NCBI GenBank assembly: GCA_020137815.1
Contig: CM035358.1
Coordinates: 3,348,001 to 3,412,000, forward strand
Source of the DNA: Hormiphora californensis
Lineage: Eukaryota; Animalia; Ctenophora
Length of the DNA stretch: 64,000 nt
Direction of reading: 5' to 3'
The notes below the pieces were generated by a model. The model saw nothing but the letters and a program-made list of their open reading frames with translations, was not told where the DNA came from and searched no databases. Position 1 is the first letter of the stretch; every line of letters starts with the position of its first letter. The position numbers and the translations under genes are program-made. This document shows, piece after piece, positions 1 through 13,209 of this stretch.

Positions 1-1115
1 GGTGCAGTACAACTTGTACACTGGTGCAGTACAACTTGTACACTGGTGAATTACACCACGTAGTGTACTACTTGGCCACATTGATGCCTGAGTGAGATCG
101 AGGTCGCGCAGCGACCGAGATCGATCTCACATCTATTATTCGCGGAGCGAGAATAGGATGCGATGGATCCAAGTGTACTACTGCATCGCAATTATACTGG
201 CCTGGGTAAGGGAACAATACCTGGATCACACTGACACAACACAGAATATATTTATTGTGTGTGTTCTCCTGGGTTCGGTGCGGTGTATTGAAACACATGA
301 CCAGGTTGTTGAGAGTAACAAGGACTAGGAGGGAATGATATAGGACTAGAGAGGCAGGGGACTAGAGATAGGACTGGAGAGAGGGGATGAGGAGGTCGAA
401 CAAAGAAGCAATTATTCACTGCCTTACAGTGTTGGCAGTGTATAATTGATCATTGCATGATAATTACTAGAACACAAACAGTTTACAATGCACACATGTA
501 GGACAATACAATGTACATGGAGCGAGGGACTAGGGAGCTATTTTCTCCCACTACAAAAAGACCCTGAGACAGCCGGGAAATGTCTTCCTACTAGAAGCAG
601 ATGTAACATGAGAGAGAGGGGGACAGCTGGGGAATGAATGATAGATAGTGGAAGTAATAAGATACAAGTTACACTGTTACAGTCCTGATATGGTACAACT
701 ACAACAACTGCAGTGGGGAGATGGGAAGTACAAATGGGAAAGTAAATATTATGTTCCTTCTATGATTGCCCTCACTGTGTGATTTCTCTCACATCACAGC
801 TTCCAAGGATTATATTTCATTCGGACATAACATAATCCTATAATAGCATGTAACACCTTGTGGCATGCTGTAGGTAGCATGTGACATTGCGTGACGGGAG
901 GTGTGTAGCTGGGGAGGATGTCTTTAGGATGTCTTTAGCCAAAATAGTCCGCAGAAAGAGAGAGAGAGAGAGAGAGGGACTGAGAGAGAAAAAAGAAGAG
1001 AGAAATAAAGAGGGCTACATATTGTGTGTGTGACAGGAAGTGACAATTAGATGTGTGATACAGTGACAGGTGTTACAGCTAGTAAATGTTACAGCATAAC
1101 ACTAGCAGGGGTGAG

Positions 1116-1219
1116 TGTAACACGACAGAGTACAGACAAATGAAACAACAGTACATGTAACACGACAGAGTACAGACAAATCAGACAACAGTACATGTAA
1201 TACGAGACAGAGTACAGAC
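1116..1219. repeat. 40-bp tandem repeat (~2.5 copies)
   Basis: tgtaacacgacagagtacagacaaat..aacaacagtaca repeated. Confidence 0.8.
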
Positions 1220-1475
1220 AACAAGGACAAGGGACTCAGACAGGAAGGGAGCCATATTTAAGAGAACAAGAATGTTCAAGTTTCCATTTGATCCGTGATG
1301 ATGGCCGATATTTGGCCCCAGTTCCAGCCGGTAAAACCAATAAAAACACGTCATATAAAGTGTTGCAAATAATTTAGATTTTTTCAACCGCTCTACGCGT
1401 CAAACACCGCCAGTACAATGTACAATACACAGAGCCTACTACGCACGGTGGGAGCTAGCCCCCTCTCGGAACCCT

Positions 1476-1580
1476 CTCCCCTAGTGCTGGAGAGAGGGTG
1501 GGAGAGCCCCCTCTCCCCTAGTGCTGGAGAGAGGGTGGGAGAGCCCCCTCTCCCCTAGTGTTGGAGAGAGGGTGGGAGAG
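1476..1580. repeat. ~37-bp tandem repeat (3 copies)
   Basis: ctcccctagtgctggagagagggtgggagagccccct repeated. Confidence 0.85.
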
Positions 1581-1622
1581 AGGGGAACACACCATGTACA
1601 CACTATTTAAACAACTGGTGTA

Positions 1623-4348
1623 TCATAGTTGAGGAACAGCAGGGAGAGGGATAAAATCATCATTCTCAACCCTACTTCCCTCATTCTCTCTTTCATCATC
1701 TTCATCATCATTGTCGCAACTGGGGCGAAATACGTTTGGGGGATGTGGAGTAAAAAGCCTAAAAAAATACAAATTGCTCAAGAAGAAGCATTCTCTCACA
1801 CTCAATTAGGGAAGTTAATTGGGGGGATTGTTACAAATCAAAAAAAGGGGGGCCAATATCCCCATGTTGGTGATGGGGGACACACAGGTGGTAAAAATAA
1901 CGCGTGCCAGTTAACGCGTGACAGTTAACGCGTGACAAGTGTCCACGTGACGCATATTAGTACGCCAGTTCATCAACTTCACTCTCGCTCTCATCCTCAT
2001 CCAATTCCTCCTCGTTGGGCAGGTAGCTCTTTGGAGCCCAGGGGAAGGGAGAGAGGGGGGAGATACATTTGGGACTTCGTCTCTTCTCAATATCTAGACG
2101 TGCAGAAGATAACTCTTCCTCGGTCAATGGAGGCTCGTTAGCGTCACACCATCCCATGGACTTGAGGAGCCTGGAAATGGAGGGATTAGATGTGAGAACA
2201 GGTGCCAGAGGTAAGGGGAGATGGCCCGGTGGTGGGGGGGGGGGGGGTATTTGTAGAATGTAAATGGGACAAATTGAATATGATATAAGTTATGTACCTG
2301 TGCTCAGTTTCAACAGAGGACGAGAGAGGGGCATCCTGGGCTGAGGTCTCGTCTGAAAAAAAAGGAGGGAGTGTGTTTAGTATAAACATAACAAAGTTTT
2401 GTCGGGGGGGGGGGGCACAAAGCGTTTTAGAAAGGGTCAAGGATCGATTCTGTTTAGGAAAGTTGTTGTTACCTTTCACAAGAGGTGTGTTCTCAGAATC
2501 AGAGTCTATTATTCCCTCATCAAGTCGGAGAGATTTGAAGAAGTCCACCTTGCTACTGTCTGGGCCTTTTCCAGGCGTTTTCAACTTTGGAGAAATAGGC
2601 TTATCTCCCTCACCGACCTAAAGAAAAGGAATACTAGTTAAAATACTAGTTAAAATACATACCGAGCTTTTAGGCTGGAAATCCTAAATGAGTTTAAATC
2701 AAAATGGTTCAGATTAAAGCACTTACATTTTTGGTTTTAGTTTGTGAAATAATGCCGGGGGTTGGCTGCTTAGCATTTTTAACATTTCCATACAACCTAG
2801 TTCTGTTCCTGTAGATAGAGGGAAGTGTTAGGTTACCTGCTCACTATACAATACACCATCTAGTAGTTTCACTAATTAACTAATTAATTACCTTGATTGG
2901 GACCACACACCGACACCACCAGTAGTAGAGCTATTACCAGTTTTAGGAGGCCCAACTGGCCTTGCAGACTGTAGTGTAGGCTGCCGAGGGAACGTTAATT
3001 AGTAGTTGCTGTGGAGAGAGAGAAGCTGCAACACGCGAATAGTGTATAAAATGTATTTGTAAGCTGAGAGAGAAAGAAAGAGAGGAGATGGAGTGTGAGA
3101 GAGAAAGTAAAAGATATAGTGCGAAAAAGAGAGTGATGGAGGGGGAGATACTTACAAATTCAGCAGTTTTGTTTTCGTAAGAGCTCGTTATGTTCGTTAT
3201 AATTGGGACAGCGTCATGAAAGCTTCCCTTTACTGGATTGTGTCCTGAAACAGGGGAGAGAGATAAGGATAGAGAATGAGAGAGAGAATGAGAGAGAGAA
3301 GGAGAGAGATAAGGATAGAGAATGAGAGAGGGAGAGAGAGATAGGTAAAGATAAGGATAGAGTCAAAACGATAGAGAGATCTGTGTGTGTACAGCGTACG
3401 AACGAAAACAAACCGTCTCTGGAGATAGTACACACAGACGAAGGGAGAGATAGACATGAAAAAGGAGAGAGATAAAGAGAGATAGATACTGATAAACTAG
3501 AGAGAGAAAAGCTACCGAGAGAAGTGTGTTTGGCTGCGCGCGCGGCTGTTTCGCACTGCTCTTTGTACAGAATGGAGTTGCTAGCAATAAGAGAAGTCTG
3601 ACTTTATCCCGATAACCTAAATTTTCAGGGGGCCTCTAGGACACAATAGGTTTGGAAACTGTGTGAACAATGTACAGGGGCCTTGGCCCTTGGTTTATAT
3701 AATGAAGAGAACAATGAGAGAGATAAAGAAAGGGTGGGACAAAGGAAGAGAAAAAGAGAGAAAGTAAAACACCAGCTAAACAAGACAGACGACTTCTTGG
3801 AAAAGCACAAACAGGATATAAAGTCTAAACAGGGATATACATATTAACAATAAGTATATACCTCCATTGAGTGTTGCAAACCCGGACCGTCCGGTGTTGT
3901 GGGTCTTTAGTTGCTGAAAATAAAACAATAATTAGTACAACATTAGTTGCTAACGGTTACTATTGTACTACACTGATGGACACTCAATAGATGTGTATCC
4001 ATGGTTACTGTATAAAAAGTGACGGGGACACATGAGGTGAATTAATATTGAGAAGTGAGAATCGGTAATTGTAGTCCGCAGAAATACAGACTAGAATCAG
4101 TTACAACAAGAGAGGTGTGATGTCACAAGGTGTGATGTCCTTCATAAAAGATGCTGCTATTTGATGTAGCAGTGTTACTATGTGTCCAAAGACCCTTCAG
4201 TGTGCAATGACTAGTCACAGTCCAGTAAATCACACTGATCATATCACTGCACTGGTCAGGTACAAAAAGTATCAGACGCAACACACATAGTTACCTTAGT
4301 GGGTAAAAGCCAGAGAGGAGAGAAATGATGGGCGTTTTGGACAGACAT
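1623..4348 (-). CDS. GPBP1: Vasculin / GC-rich promoter-binding protein 1 family (9 coding exons)
   Basis: Phase-consistent GT-AG exons: 4348-4295, 3913-3862, 3244-3156, 2980-2892, 2808-2727, 2617-2473, 2352-2298, 2170-1964, 1719-1623. The product has the family hallmarks: N-terminal HHFSPLWL (cf. HDFAPAWL), EFPTL (cf. DFPSL), KVDFFKSLR, SSSVETEHRLLKSMGW...PPLTEEEL, and an acidic tail. There is an alternative stop at 1957 if the last intron is not spliced. Confidence 0.85.
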
Positions 4349-5077
4349 TAAAATTTGCAGAATACAAAATCTGAAAAAGAAGCAGCGTTATTTGTTGTTT
4401 ATTATCCCAGAAATATAATTGTAGGCGTGGTTAGGAGATGGGAAGGTATTTTCTAAAAACAAGGGTAGCCTTTCCCATCCTCATTTTCAGAATTATAAGA
4501 GAGATAGAGAGAAAGAAAAAGAGGGAGTTCCCAACTTACCAACAGCGTGACGTTTGTTTTGAGTTGAACTGCTATTACATGGTCTGTTGTTTGTCAGAGA
4601 TAAGATAAGAAACGTGAAGTAGTATCTGACGTAGGGAGGTGTTGAGCGGTGTAGCGGCTAAATCTTGAGGCCGGATTAGAAAACACTAAATGCTAAATGG
4701 GAGGTACGGGGTTAGTTTAGTTGTAGTAACAATTGAGGAACATAATTCGAACAGGACATTTCCTCCAAAACGTACTTGAGCTTTTCAGCAAATAGGAGGG
4801 CAATATTGAAAGTGTCAAATTATTGTAAACAGATTTAATAATTTCAGCTCAAAATGTATGAAAGATTTGGCTGTTTCCTACCAGACTTCAGAGCATAGAA
4901 CTCAATGCCCGGAATGACGGGATAGTTATGCACTGGCTCTCCTAAAAAAATTTTCACGGCCAATTTTATTTGAACAGAGTACCTACCCCAATTTTATTAA
5001 AACTCGGTCCGAATGTCCTTTAGTGTCTAACTAGAAGGCTAAATAAGTGATCACTGATCATATCTTGACACTGCCCT

Positions 5078-5115
5078 CATATCTTGACACTGCCCTCATA
5101 TCTTGACACTGCCCT
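5078..5115. repeat. 19-bp tandem repeat
   Basis: tcatatcttgacactgccc repeated. Confidence 0.75.
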
Positions 5116-5375
5116 CGAACGTGACTTGAAACTTGTATTGTTCTAATCGCCATCATCAGAGGCAACAACAAATGGACAGAGTTTTGCAGCAAAAAAACGA
5201 GTTTCACCTTATAATGGACCCCCCCCCCCCCCCCGGATATGTTGCGACACACATATAATGTAACGAGCATGCGACACGAGATATTTTGGACAAACATGAG
5301 GCAATTGAAGAAGTTTCTGATCAATTGATTGATCTGTGATTGTCTGTGATCCGTAAAGTTATTAAATGCCTTCGT

Positions 5376-5405
5376 GTTATGTTCTAACCCTCCTTTACAT
5401 TTGTG
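5376..5405. repeat. Dispersed repeat end (gttatgttctaaccctcctttacatttgt family)
   Basis: Related copies near 7303, 19296, 52460 and 60526. Confidence 0.6.
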
Positions 5406-7122
5406 AGCACACGGAGAGGGTCTATCAAGCTGCAAGGCAAATGCCTTCAGGGACTCCAGGTCAACAGGGGACACCACACGCAGGAGATATTACTGCTTAA
5501 TGACTCCACTGTTAGCAAATTAAGAATTGGGATGGACATAAACTACAACAAATTACCCATACACCCGATGAACCAAGTTGAGATGTGTCATGTGTTAAAA
5601 TCTGGGGTACAAAAATTATCTAGGGTACGATCCAGCTTTAGGATAATCCAATCATCCTCCTGATTGGTTAACAACATCTCTCCCGCAGTACTTAAGGACC
5701 CCGGTTTCAGTCGAAAGAACACTTCACCCAAAGCCATAATACACCACCGCGTATGCCCTTTTGAGCTCTTAATCCCCCTCCACTAGCTTGGTTGGGGCAT
5801 GTCAACAAGCTATTGGGCTATCATGCACACAGAAAGAAATCACTGTCAAATCACTCCACCACAAGAATTCTGCACCCCGGCCGTGCTTGAGTCCCGGAGT
5901 CGGAGAACGTGTACACAAAGTTCCAAGTGGTAAACACCACTTGATGAAATCACACGATAATTCGCGTAGTCTGACAGACCAAGTCTGTAGGTAGCTAATG
6001 TTTCAGTGGTACGTAGCTCCTGAGTTCTGTCACTGGGTCCTGGAAGGCGAGTTATTTTTGGCAAGCTGTCATTTGTTGAACAAATGGACTCGTTTTGGCA
6101 AAGGCGACCCACACTCGGGTGCACTCAGCACACCACAGGGAAGGTCACGGGCCGAAACCATGATGCACGAGAGGGATAAGCAGTTTGAAAACCTGGGAAA
6201 ACTATGTCAGGACCCATGTTCACAATAGAGCCGGCCGGAGGGTCGGTTTACAGTCTGGATTTCTAAAAGGGGGTTAAAATGGTATTAGATAACAATATCA
6301 ATATGAAAATACCGGTCTCCCATGGGGGAGAAGATTAATAAATTACTGCATTGATTAAAATTGATTAAATTTGGTAGAATTAAAAGTATTGTATAATAAG
6401 TTAATGTCATTGAGTTCGCTCTTATACTGCCTCGTTTTGGTCAACTTATTGCCTCTATGCCCTCTCAGTCTGGATCGTGCTCGTGAGGTCGAGCAAGGAA
6501 AATTTTGGCCTATGCTACAGGCCCTAAAGCCGTGGAAAACGCGCGCACTTGGGGTCTGCAGCGCATGCCAAAGGAAAATTTTGCCGCGGTGGGTTCCGGA
6601 AAATTTTATTGAGTGGAGAAAAAAACTTCAACTTTTGGTGCGCGGCGCTAAATGCATCGTTAAAACGCTCAAAATAGCGCGTTCCTTACAGTTACATCGT
6701 CGCGACGCGTACCGTATTTTTGAAAACTCAAAATAAAAGCAAAGTTTTCAAAATTAAAAAATGTTTCGTGTTTTTCAAAAACAAAAACAGTTTTTGTCTA
6801 CTGCCGCCTCGTTTTTGGGGTAGGCGCATGATGGGGCTATACCACATGCCACTAGGGTGGAACTACAGGGTGGAAACTGCAGAGTGGGCGATGTTTTAGC
6901 CTGATAACTTAGCATGCGCTGTAGGGCAACTTTAAAACTTCGGCGTTTAGCGTGTCAAGTTCAACAATCAGTTTTTCAGGGTATGGGCTATGACAAGGGT
7001 TTTTGAAATAGCCAAATTGGTTGAGTTGTTTGTTGGTTAGAGCCATTTTAGTGTAAGGCATCGTAGTTTGATCTAACACATGTTCCAACTCCTAAGTCTA
7101 AACTGTATGTATTCTTTGATAA

Positions 7123-10100
7123 ATGCCGCCGAAGCCAGTTAGAGGGGGAGCTGTGAAGCGGGGTGCTGCAGCCTCTAGGGGAGTGGCACGAGGGGGTGCC
7201 GCTCGTGGACGGGGTAGAGGGGGAGCAACGAGAGGAGGGGCAGCAACCAGGGGGAAAACTGGGAAACCAGAACAAAAGGTATAAAACAAGGTGAATTGTT
7301 TGTTATGGTGTAACCCTCCTTTGCAATGATGTCGTGGGGTACCGTGGTGACAGTCGACAGATCGAGGGTCAAGCAACGTCGAGCACGTTGTGTAGATTTT
7401 TCGAAGCTCGAAACAAAACCCCCCCTTTTTTTCTTTTTGTAGAAAGTTGAGAAGCCGAAATGGAGTCCAGAGCAGTTGGCAGCGGCTTCAAAAATCCAAA
7501 AATGTTATCGTCGGTATGCAACGCTAAAGAAGGAAGAAGATGCCAGAAAGAAGAAGGAAGAAATGGATAAACTAATGGAAGAGGTTTGATATACTTCTTC
7601 ATTCTTTCAATTTATGTCAAAAACAGTGTGGCCCTACTAATTTTACACCAATACCCAGGCAGAAAAAGCAGCATGGCTCAAAATGATCAAGTTAGAGCAG
7701 GAAAGAGAGGAGAGGGAAACAGAGAAAAGGCTCATTCAGGAGCGAGAGAGAAAGGCACACCTGAAGAGAATGAAGCTGCTATTGGAGCATGCATTTGATG
7801 GGGAACTACAGGACATTCAACAAATTATGTCCGAGGTAGAAATATAACTGATGAATCATCAAGATGCAGCAGTATCAATGATGATGCTGTATCGCGGGGG
7901 TCTGAATGCTACCCTTGACTATTATCTAATATCTATCTGTTTGTCTGGATGTCATTATAAGTAACCTACATGATGGCAATATATCTGTTTCAGGCAGTAT
8001 CGGGATGGAAGACGAACATCCCAGATATCCACCCAACGAGATTGGCACGGAAAACACTGGACCTAGTTGATTGTAAAGATGCTAATGACTACACCCCTCT
8101 TAGTGAGGCTGCTGCAGGGGGCGCTGCTGAGGTATCTAATAGTAACTGTTACTGCTGAGGTATCTACAGTCGGACCCCGATTTAGGGACCCCCGATTTAG
8201 GGACACCCCGATTTAGGGACAGGAATTTTTTCCCCCAAAAATTTTTGAATTTTTTTTGGGAAATTTTTTGTGAAATTTTTCAAAAAGATTCCAGCCATGT
8301 CCGAATCGTGTTTCGAATCGGTGCATCTTATCGCATGTCCTTCTGCTAATTAGACGGTTCGGAACGAACCGCCACGTGATCCCCATGGTGCCCATTGAAT
8401 CACAAGTTCACCAAGGTCCAAGCGTCAACATTTCGATTCGATGGGGATCACGTTTCGATTCGTTCCGTCTAATTAGCAGCAGGACATGCAATAAGATGCA
8501 CCGATTCGAAACACGATTCGGACGTGGCTGGTATAAAATTTTATAACTTTTTTGCAAAATTTTACAGTACGATTGTCAATGCTTTGATCGGTGCTCCCCA
8601 TAAATTTTGAGAGAAAAAGTTATTTTGAAATTTTTATACTTCCTCACCCGCTTAGGGTGCCCCGATTCGGTATGGTATCACGTATCGGTTCGTTTTGAAC
8701 CCGCTAATTAGACAGGATATCCAGTAAGTTGCACCGATTCGAAATACAAACCGGACGGGCTGGTATAACTTAGATAATTTTCCACTTTTTTTTGAAAAAG
8801 AATTATTTTATATTTTTCTTTTTCTAATCAGAAATGATCATGTCATCAATACATCAATATTGCATATAACAGTTAGAGGTGTCTTTAGTCTTAATAATAT
8901 AGAATTTTGGGCAATAAAATAGGTTTTTTGGGTCAAATATGGCTCACCCCGATTTAGTGGACACCCCGATTTAGTGGACAAGACCCTTTCCCCCGAGGGT
9001 GTCCCTAAATCGGGGTCCGACTGTAATAGTAACTGTTACTGCTGAGGTATCTAATAGTAACTGTTACTGCGGAGGTATCTAATAGTAACTGTTACTGCTG
9101 AGGTATCTAATAGTAACTGTTACTGCTGAGGTATCTAATAGTAACTGTTACTGCTGAGGTAACTAATAGTAACTGTTACTGCTGAGGTAACTAATAGTAA
9201 CTGTTACTGCTGAGGTAACTAATAGTAACTGTTACTGCTGAGGTAACTAATAGTAACTGTTACTGCTGAGGTATCTAATAGTAACTGTTACTGCTGAGGT
9301 ATCTAACAGTAACTGTTATACCGCCTGGGCCACAAAAAAGTCATGGTACGCCGAGCCTCATATCTCCCAAATCTTAACTTCGATCACTCTGATATTTTGA
9401 CACAATGTTTGTATGGGTACTCATTCGAGGAATCCGGAGTTTCAGTTCCTAAAACTTCAAAATTCATTAATGAACTCGATTTTTCATTTTTCGGGTTTTT
9501 CGAGGTTTTCTCTTGTTTATATTCAACTAGCGCACCCATTGGGTGCGCCTCAAGTAAGGGCTTTTTGATAACCCACCCGGCTTCGCCGGGTGGTTCTTTT
9601 TGCCCCTTTCAACGTCAATAAAACGGTTGCCATGGCAACTGAATTAGTAACTATGGGGACTGGCATAAAACTTAAAAGTCATTCGAAAATATTAATAAAC
9701 TTCCACTGGAAGTTTCAAAAGTGTGAATGACAGCTTTACAGCTTTGGGCATATAAAGTATTTTATGAAGGAGCACTGTCGCGTAGAAACGCACTGAACGA
9801 ACGACCATCACGCGACATCTCCAAATTATAATAGAGATTTTATTCTTAAAAATGACCGCCATGCAATAGAACAACTAACAAAAAATGGCAATCTGCATTT
9901 TTATTAAAATTGAACCAAGTTTAGTGGGTGAAATAAACAATATAAAACTGTTCATTTTTACCGAAAATCGATTTTGACCCGTTTTGACGAGAAATCGGTA
10001 ATTTCAGGCGCTAAAAATTGGTAAGGCCATTGCACTTGGTCAATGCTGATGTTAGCTGGAATTTTAGCTCTCTACCTGAAAGTTCATTTTTCCGACTGGA

Positions 10101-13100
10101 ATGAATCCTGAATGAACTTGAAAACAGGAATGCTTTTTCAAACCGAAATTTCATAGTCGCCATTGGGTATCGATTTCCTTTCAAACGCGACTAATTTTAG
10201 CTCAATTGGACCACCACAAGAGACACAGTGTCCAGTTTTTGAACCCTAGGTCTGGTCATGTGACCCCCATTGAGACGCTAGTATCATTACGAAGTGCCAA
10301 TAAGCAGGTGTAACGGTCAAGTATCACGTATCACATCTGCTAATGAGGACGGTGTACCGATACAGCGTCCGTTAGAATGTAAGTTCTCTTGCTAACACGT
10401 CATAATTTGATGGGGATCACATGACCCAAACTAGGCTTGGTAAACTGGTCACTGTAATTCTTGTGGTGATCCAATTAAGCTCAAACTGGTCGCGTTCGAG
10501 AGAAGATAGCCAAACAAATTTGTGAAACTTTGGTACCAAAATATGGTCCCATTTTGGTGTTCCTTCAATGTTCATTCGGGCGAAAAAAATGAACTTTCAT
10601 CCAGAGGGCTGAAACTCCGGATTCCTCGAATGAGTGCCCATACAAATATTGTGTCAAAATATCAGAGTGATCGAAGTTAAGATTTGGGAGATATAAGGCT
10701 TGGCGTACCATGACTTTTTTTGGCCCAGGCGGTATTACTGCTAAAATATTACAAACGACACATGCTGCTGTTTTCTGTAATCTGGGAACTGCCACCCAGA
10801 AATTGAAAGAAATAAAAAGGCACCACAGAATCGTCTTCAATCATGTACCCTTTCAGGTAATCGAATGGCTGGTTGGACAGGGAAGTGAGCCCAATTCAAT
10901 AGGTCGATATGGCAGGTCCCCTCTGTACAGGGCTGCATTTGGTGGCCACCTCCCAGCCGTACAGGCACTGCTACAATGTGGGGCTGACCCTCGTATTAGG
11001 GCGGATGATGGAGCTACCGCAATGGAGATATCTACCAACCCAATGATCAAAGAAGTAAGTAATCGAGATTTGTTTGAAGTTATTTAGCCGTTGGTGTGAA
11101 CACTGCTACTACACCTCCCCCCCCCCCTAGACCCCCCCTACTACTACACCCCCCCCACCTTCAGATTCTTGCATCCTGGGATGTACAAGATACAGACAGG
11201 TTACTGCAAGGTCTTGAAGATGAACGGGAAAAGAGAGGTAGGTACATTTGGAGAGTACTTTTTGTAATTCATAACTTCAAGTCATCCAGCTAACCATGTT
11301 TCACTCTACAGCGGCCGCCCAAGCTGAATTTACCAAAATGAAATGTGACGCGATACAAGATCAGATATCGGCTGCCCAGGAGACCTTCAAGCTCTATGAG
11401 AAACAGTTAGGACATGCTTATTGCGAGCTAGAGAAGCGGATATCTGAACATGATAAATGTGTCTTAAAGGATACCCAAGTAGAGGTCAGTCGCTTCTAAC
11501 TTTTATATTTGATTTAATTAGAATTAGCTTCTAGACTGATCTCGCCCCCAGGTTACATTGAAATGTGTGCACGATGCAGAAGATCTAGTGACGATACTAA
11601 AACTGAAGGTGGATGATTCTAGAAGGGATCTCCAACTACTGAAACTGAAACTAAGAGAGGAACAGAAAGTGGTAGGTTTATCACGTGATTCAATTCCCAT
11701 TGGGATCGTGCCTGCTGCTGCAGCCTGCAGGAACAATGAAACTGAGGCTGAAACTTATACACCTTAGAGGCTTGGAGGAAAATGGAACTTGATTGTACGG
11801 CGCGGATCACTTGGCTTGATGAAAGTACAAGTTGTCAATTTGTTTTGTTGCACGCGCGCAACCTCACATGGCAAAAAAGTGCAGCAGGTCTCGTCTGCAA
11901 ACTGCCGGTCACAATTTGCCTTTGCTCTCTCGAAGACGTAATGTGTGTGATGCAATGCTAATGCTACCAGTTTGTCAAGCACAGAAGACAACACGTTGCC
12001 ACTTCATACTTCATCATCACTGCTCTGTCTTCAGTCTAGCAATCAGTGTGTGTTGTGTCTCTAGTTCTACCCTCTCACTGAGAGACTGGCGATTGTTGCC
12101 ATGGTGACCAAATTACTCTCACACACTCCCAGCTTTAGTCCCCCTCACTTCTCTCTCATTCAGTGTGTATTTTGCAGTCATGTCTTCTTCCCAGAGTTCT
12201 GAGCAAGAGGAGAAGGGAGTTAAAGTGACAATTAGGGATCTTGAGGATGTCCTAATTCGGGATGTTGGCAATAAGATAGCTGATGATGGAAGGTGGCCGT
12301 TATTGATCGATGAGACAGGGCAGGTGTCTGTGTTTGTACGATACACAGATACCAACTACCTAAATGCAGCTAACCCTGCCAACATGGAACCAGATAAAAT
12401 CAGGTAGGTCTTCACTCACCCTCATGTTGATTTTGGTCTGTTTAATTGTCTGTTTTTCCAACCTCGATCAAAATACTTTTCTTTTTGTCTTTCTCTAGGT
12501 CACTTTAGCTAACCATTTCCCTTCCTTCAGGTTGGCTTTGTTAGGTGCAATAAGGTATGGCAAACCTCTTGTATTGGATCTCATGGGCTGTGACATACTA
12601 CATGTGGTCAAGGTACGTGGAACTATATCAGTGTATGTGATTGTATGTGTCTTGACTCCTGCCGCTACAAGTACAGGCCATAATTGGCCTCTATTCCTAT
12701 TTAATTATTATGTACTACCTAGGAGCGTTTGAACAGTATTATGGAGGGGTTGTGGGACTGGATTATGGACAAGACCCTGGTGACTGAGGAGAAGTTCAAT
12801 AAAATAACCAAAAAGGTAGGCAGATTTACAAATAACAGTTCCTATATAACCTCTTGTGAATGCAACTAGTTATCACTACAAGGTAAATTTAAAGCACACT
12901 CTCTGAACGTTATTCTTCCTTCAGGAGGATGGCCCTGAGTACGAGGAAAAGATGTTCTGGGCAAGGATGAACGAGTTCAAACTTTGGTGAGTGGTACTGT
13001 AGAGAGTTGTTGTGTGATTTGTAGGGCCCTAAATTCTAAACACTAAACACTAAAGCACTGCGATTTTCTGATGAGCAGTGCGTCCCATTTCCGATATCTT

Positions 13101-13209
13101 GATTTTATCCAATCTCTCCCACAGGGTGATAACAAGTGCAGAGCCAGAACCCGAGCTGATAGAAATGTTCTACACCATTCGAGTTAAACCTGCACCACCC
13201 AAGGTCTAA
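7123..13209 (+). CDS. IQANK1: IQ motif and ankyrin repeat domain-containing protein (13 exons)
   Basis: Exons approx. 7123-7278, 7443-7583, 7659-7835, 7994-8131, 10857-11054, 11165-11237, 11312-11485, 11552-11671, 12195-12403, 12531-12612, 12723-12815, 12925-12986, 13125-13209. IQ motif ASKIQKCYRRY; ankyrin repeats DANDYTPLSEAAAGG and GRYGRSPLYRAAFGGH; coiled coil; C-terminal GRWPLLIDETGQVSVFVRY and LLGAIRYGKPLVLD segments typical of IQANK1. Confidence 0.88.
8132..9318 (+). repeat. 28-bp minisatellite copying the exon-4 donor junction (interrupted by a MITE)
   Basis: Unit gtatctaatagtaactgttactgctgag at 8132-8166 and 9024-9318, with a remnant at 10735-10743. Confidence 0.9.
8167..9023. mobile_element. 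Non-autonomous TIR element (MITE) with TA TSD, Tc1/mariner-like
   Basis: TIR cagtcggaccccgatttaggga...tccctaaatcggggtccgactg flanked by TA. Short relative at 57700-57768; decayed copies near 48193 and 61396. Confidence 0.85.
9319..10734. mobile_element. MITE of the TACCGC...GCGGTA family with ~120-bp TIRs
   Basis: taccgcctgggcc..aaaagtcatggtacgcc... inverted at both ends. Restoring the host minisatellite implies a TTA duplication (PIF/Harbinger-like). Close relatives at 34146-35255 and 44169-45262. Confidence 0.85.

Noticed and set aside
68-328. Short ORFs at the window start
   Set aside because: No recognisable homology or splice structure.
1629-1928. Plus-strand 99-aa ORF with a TM-like segment
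   Set aside because: TTG start; it is the antisense shadow of the acidic last GPBP1 exon.
9343-9621. Recurrent ORF MVRRASYLPNLNFDHSD (also 10565, 34088, 35085)
   Set aside because: Translation of MITE TIRs; no transposase motifs.
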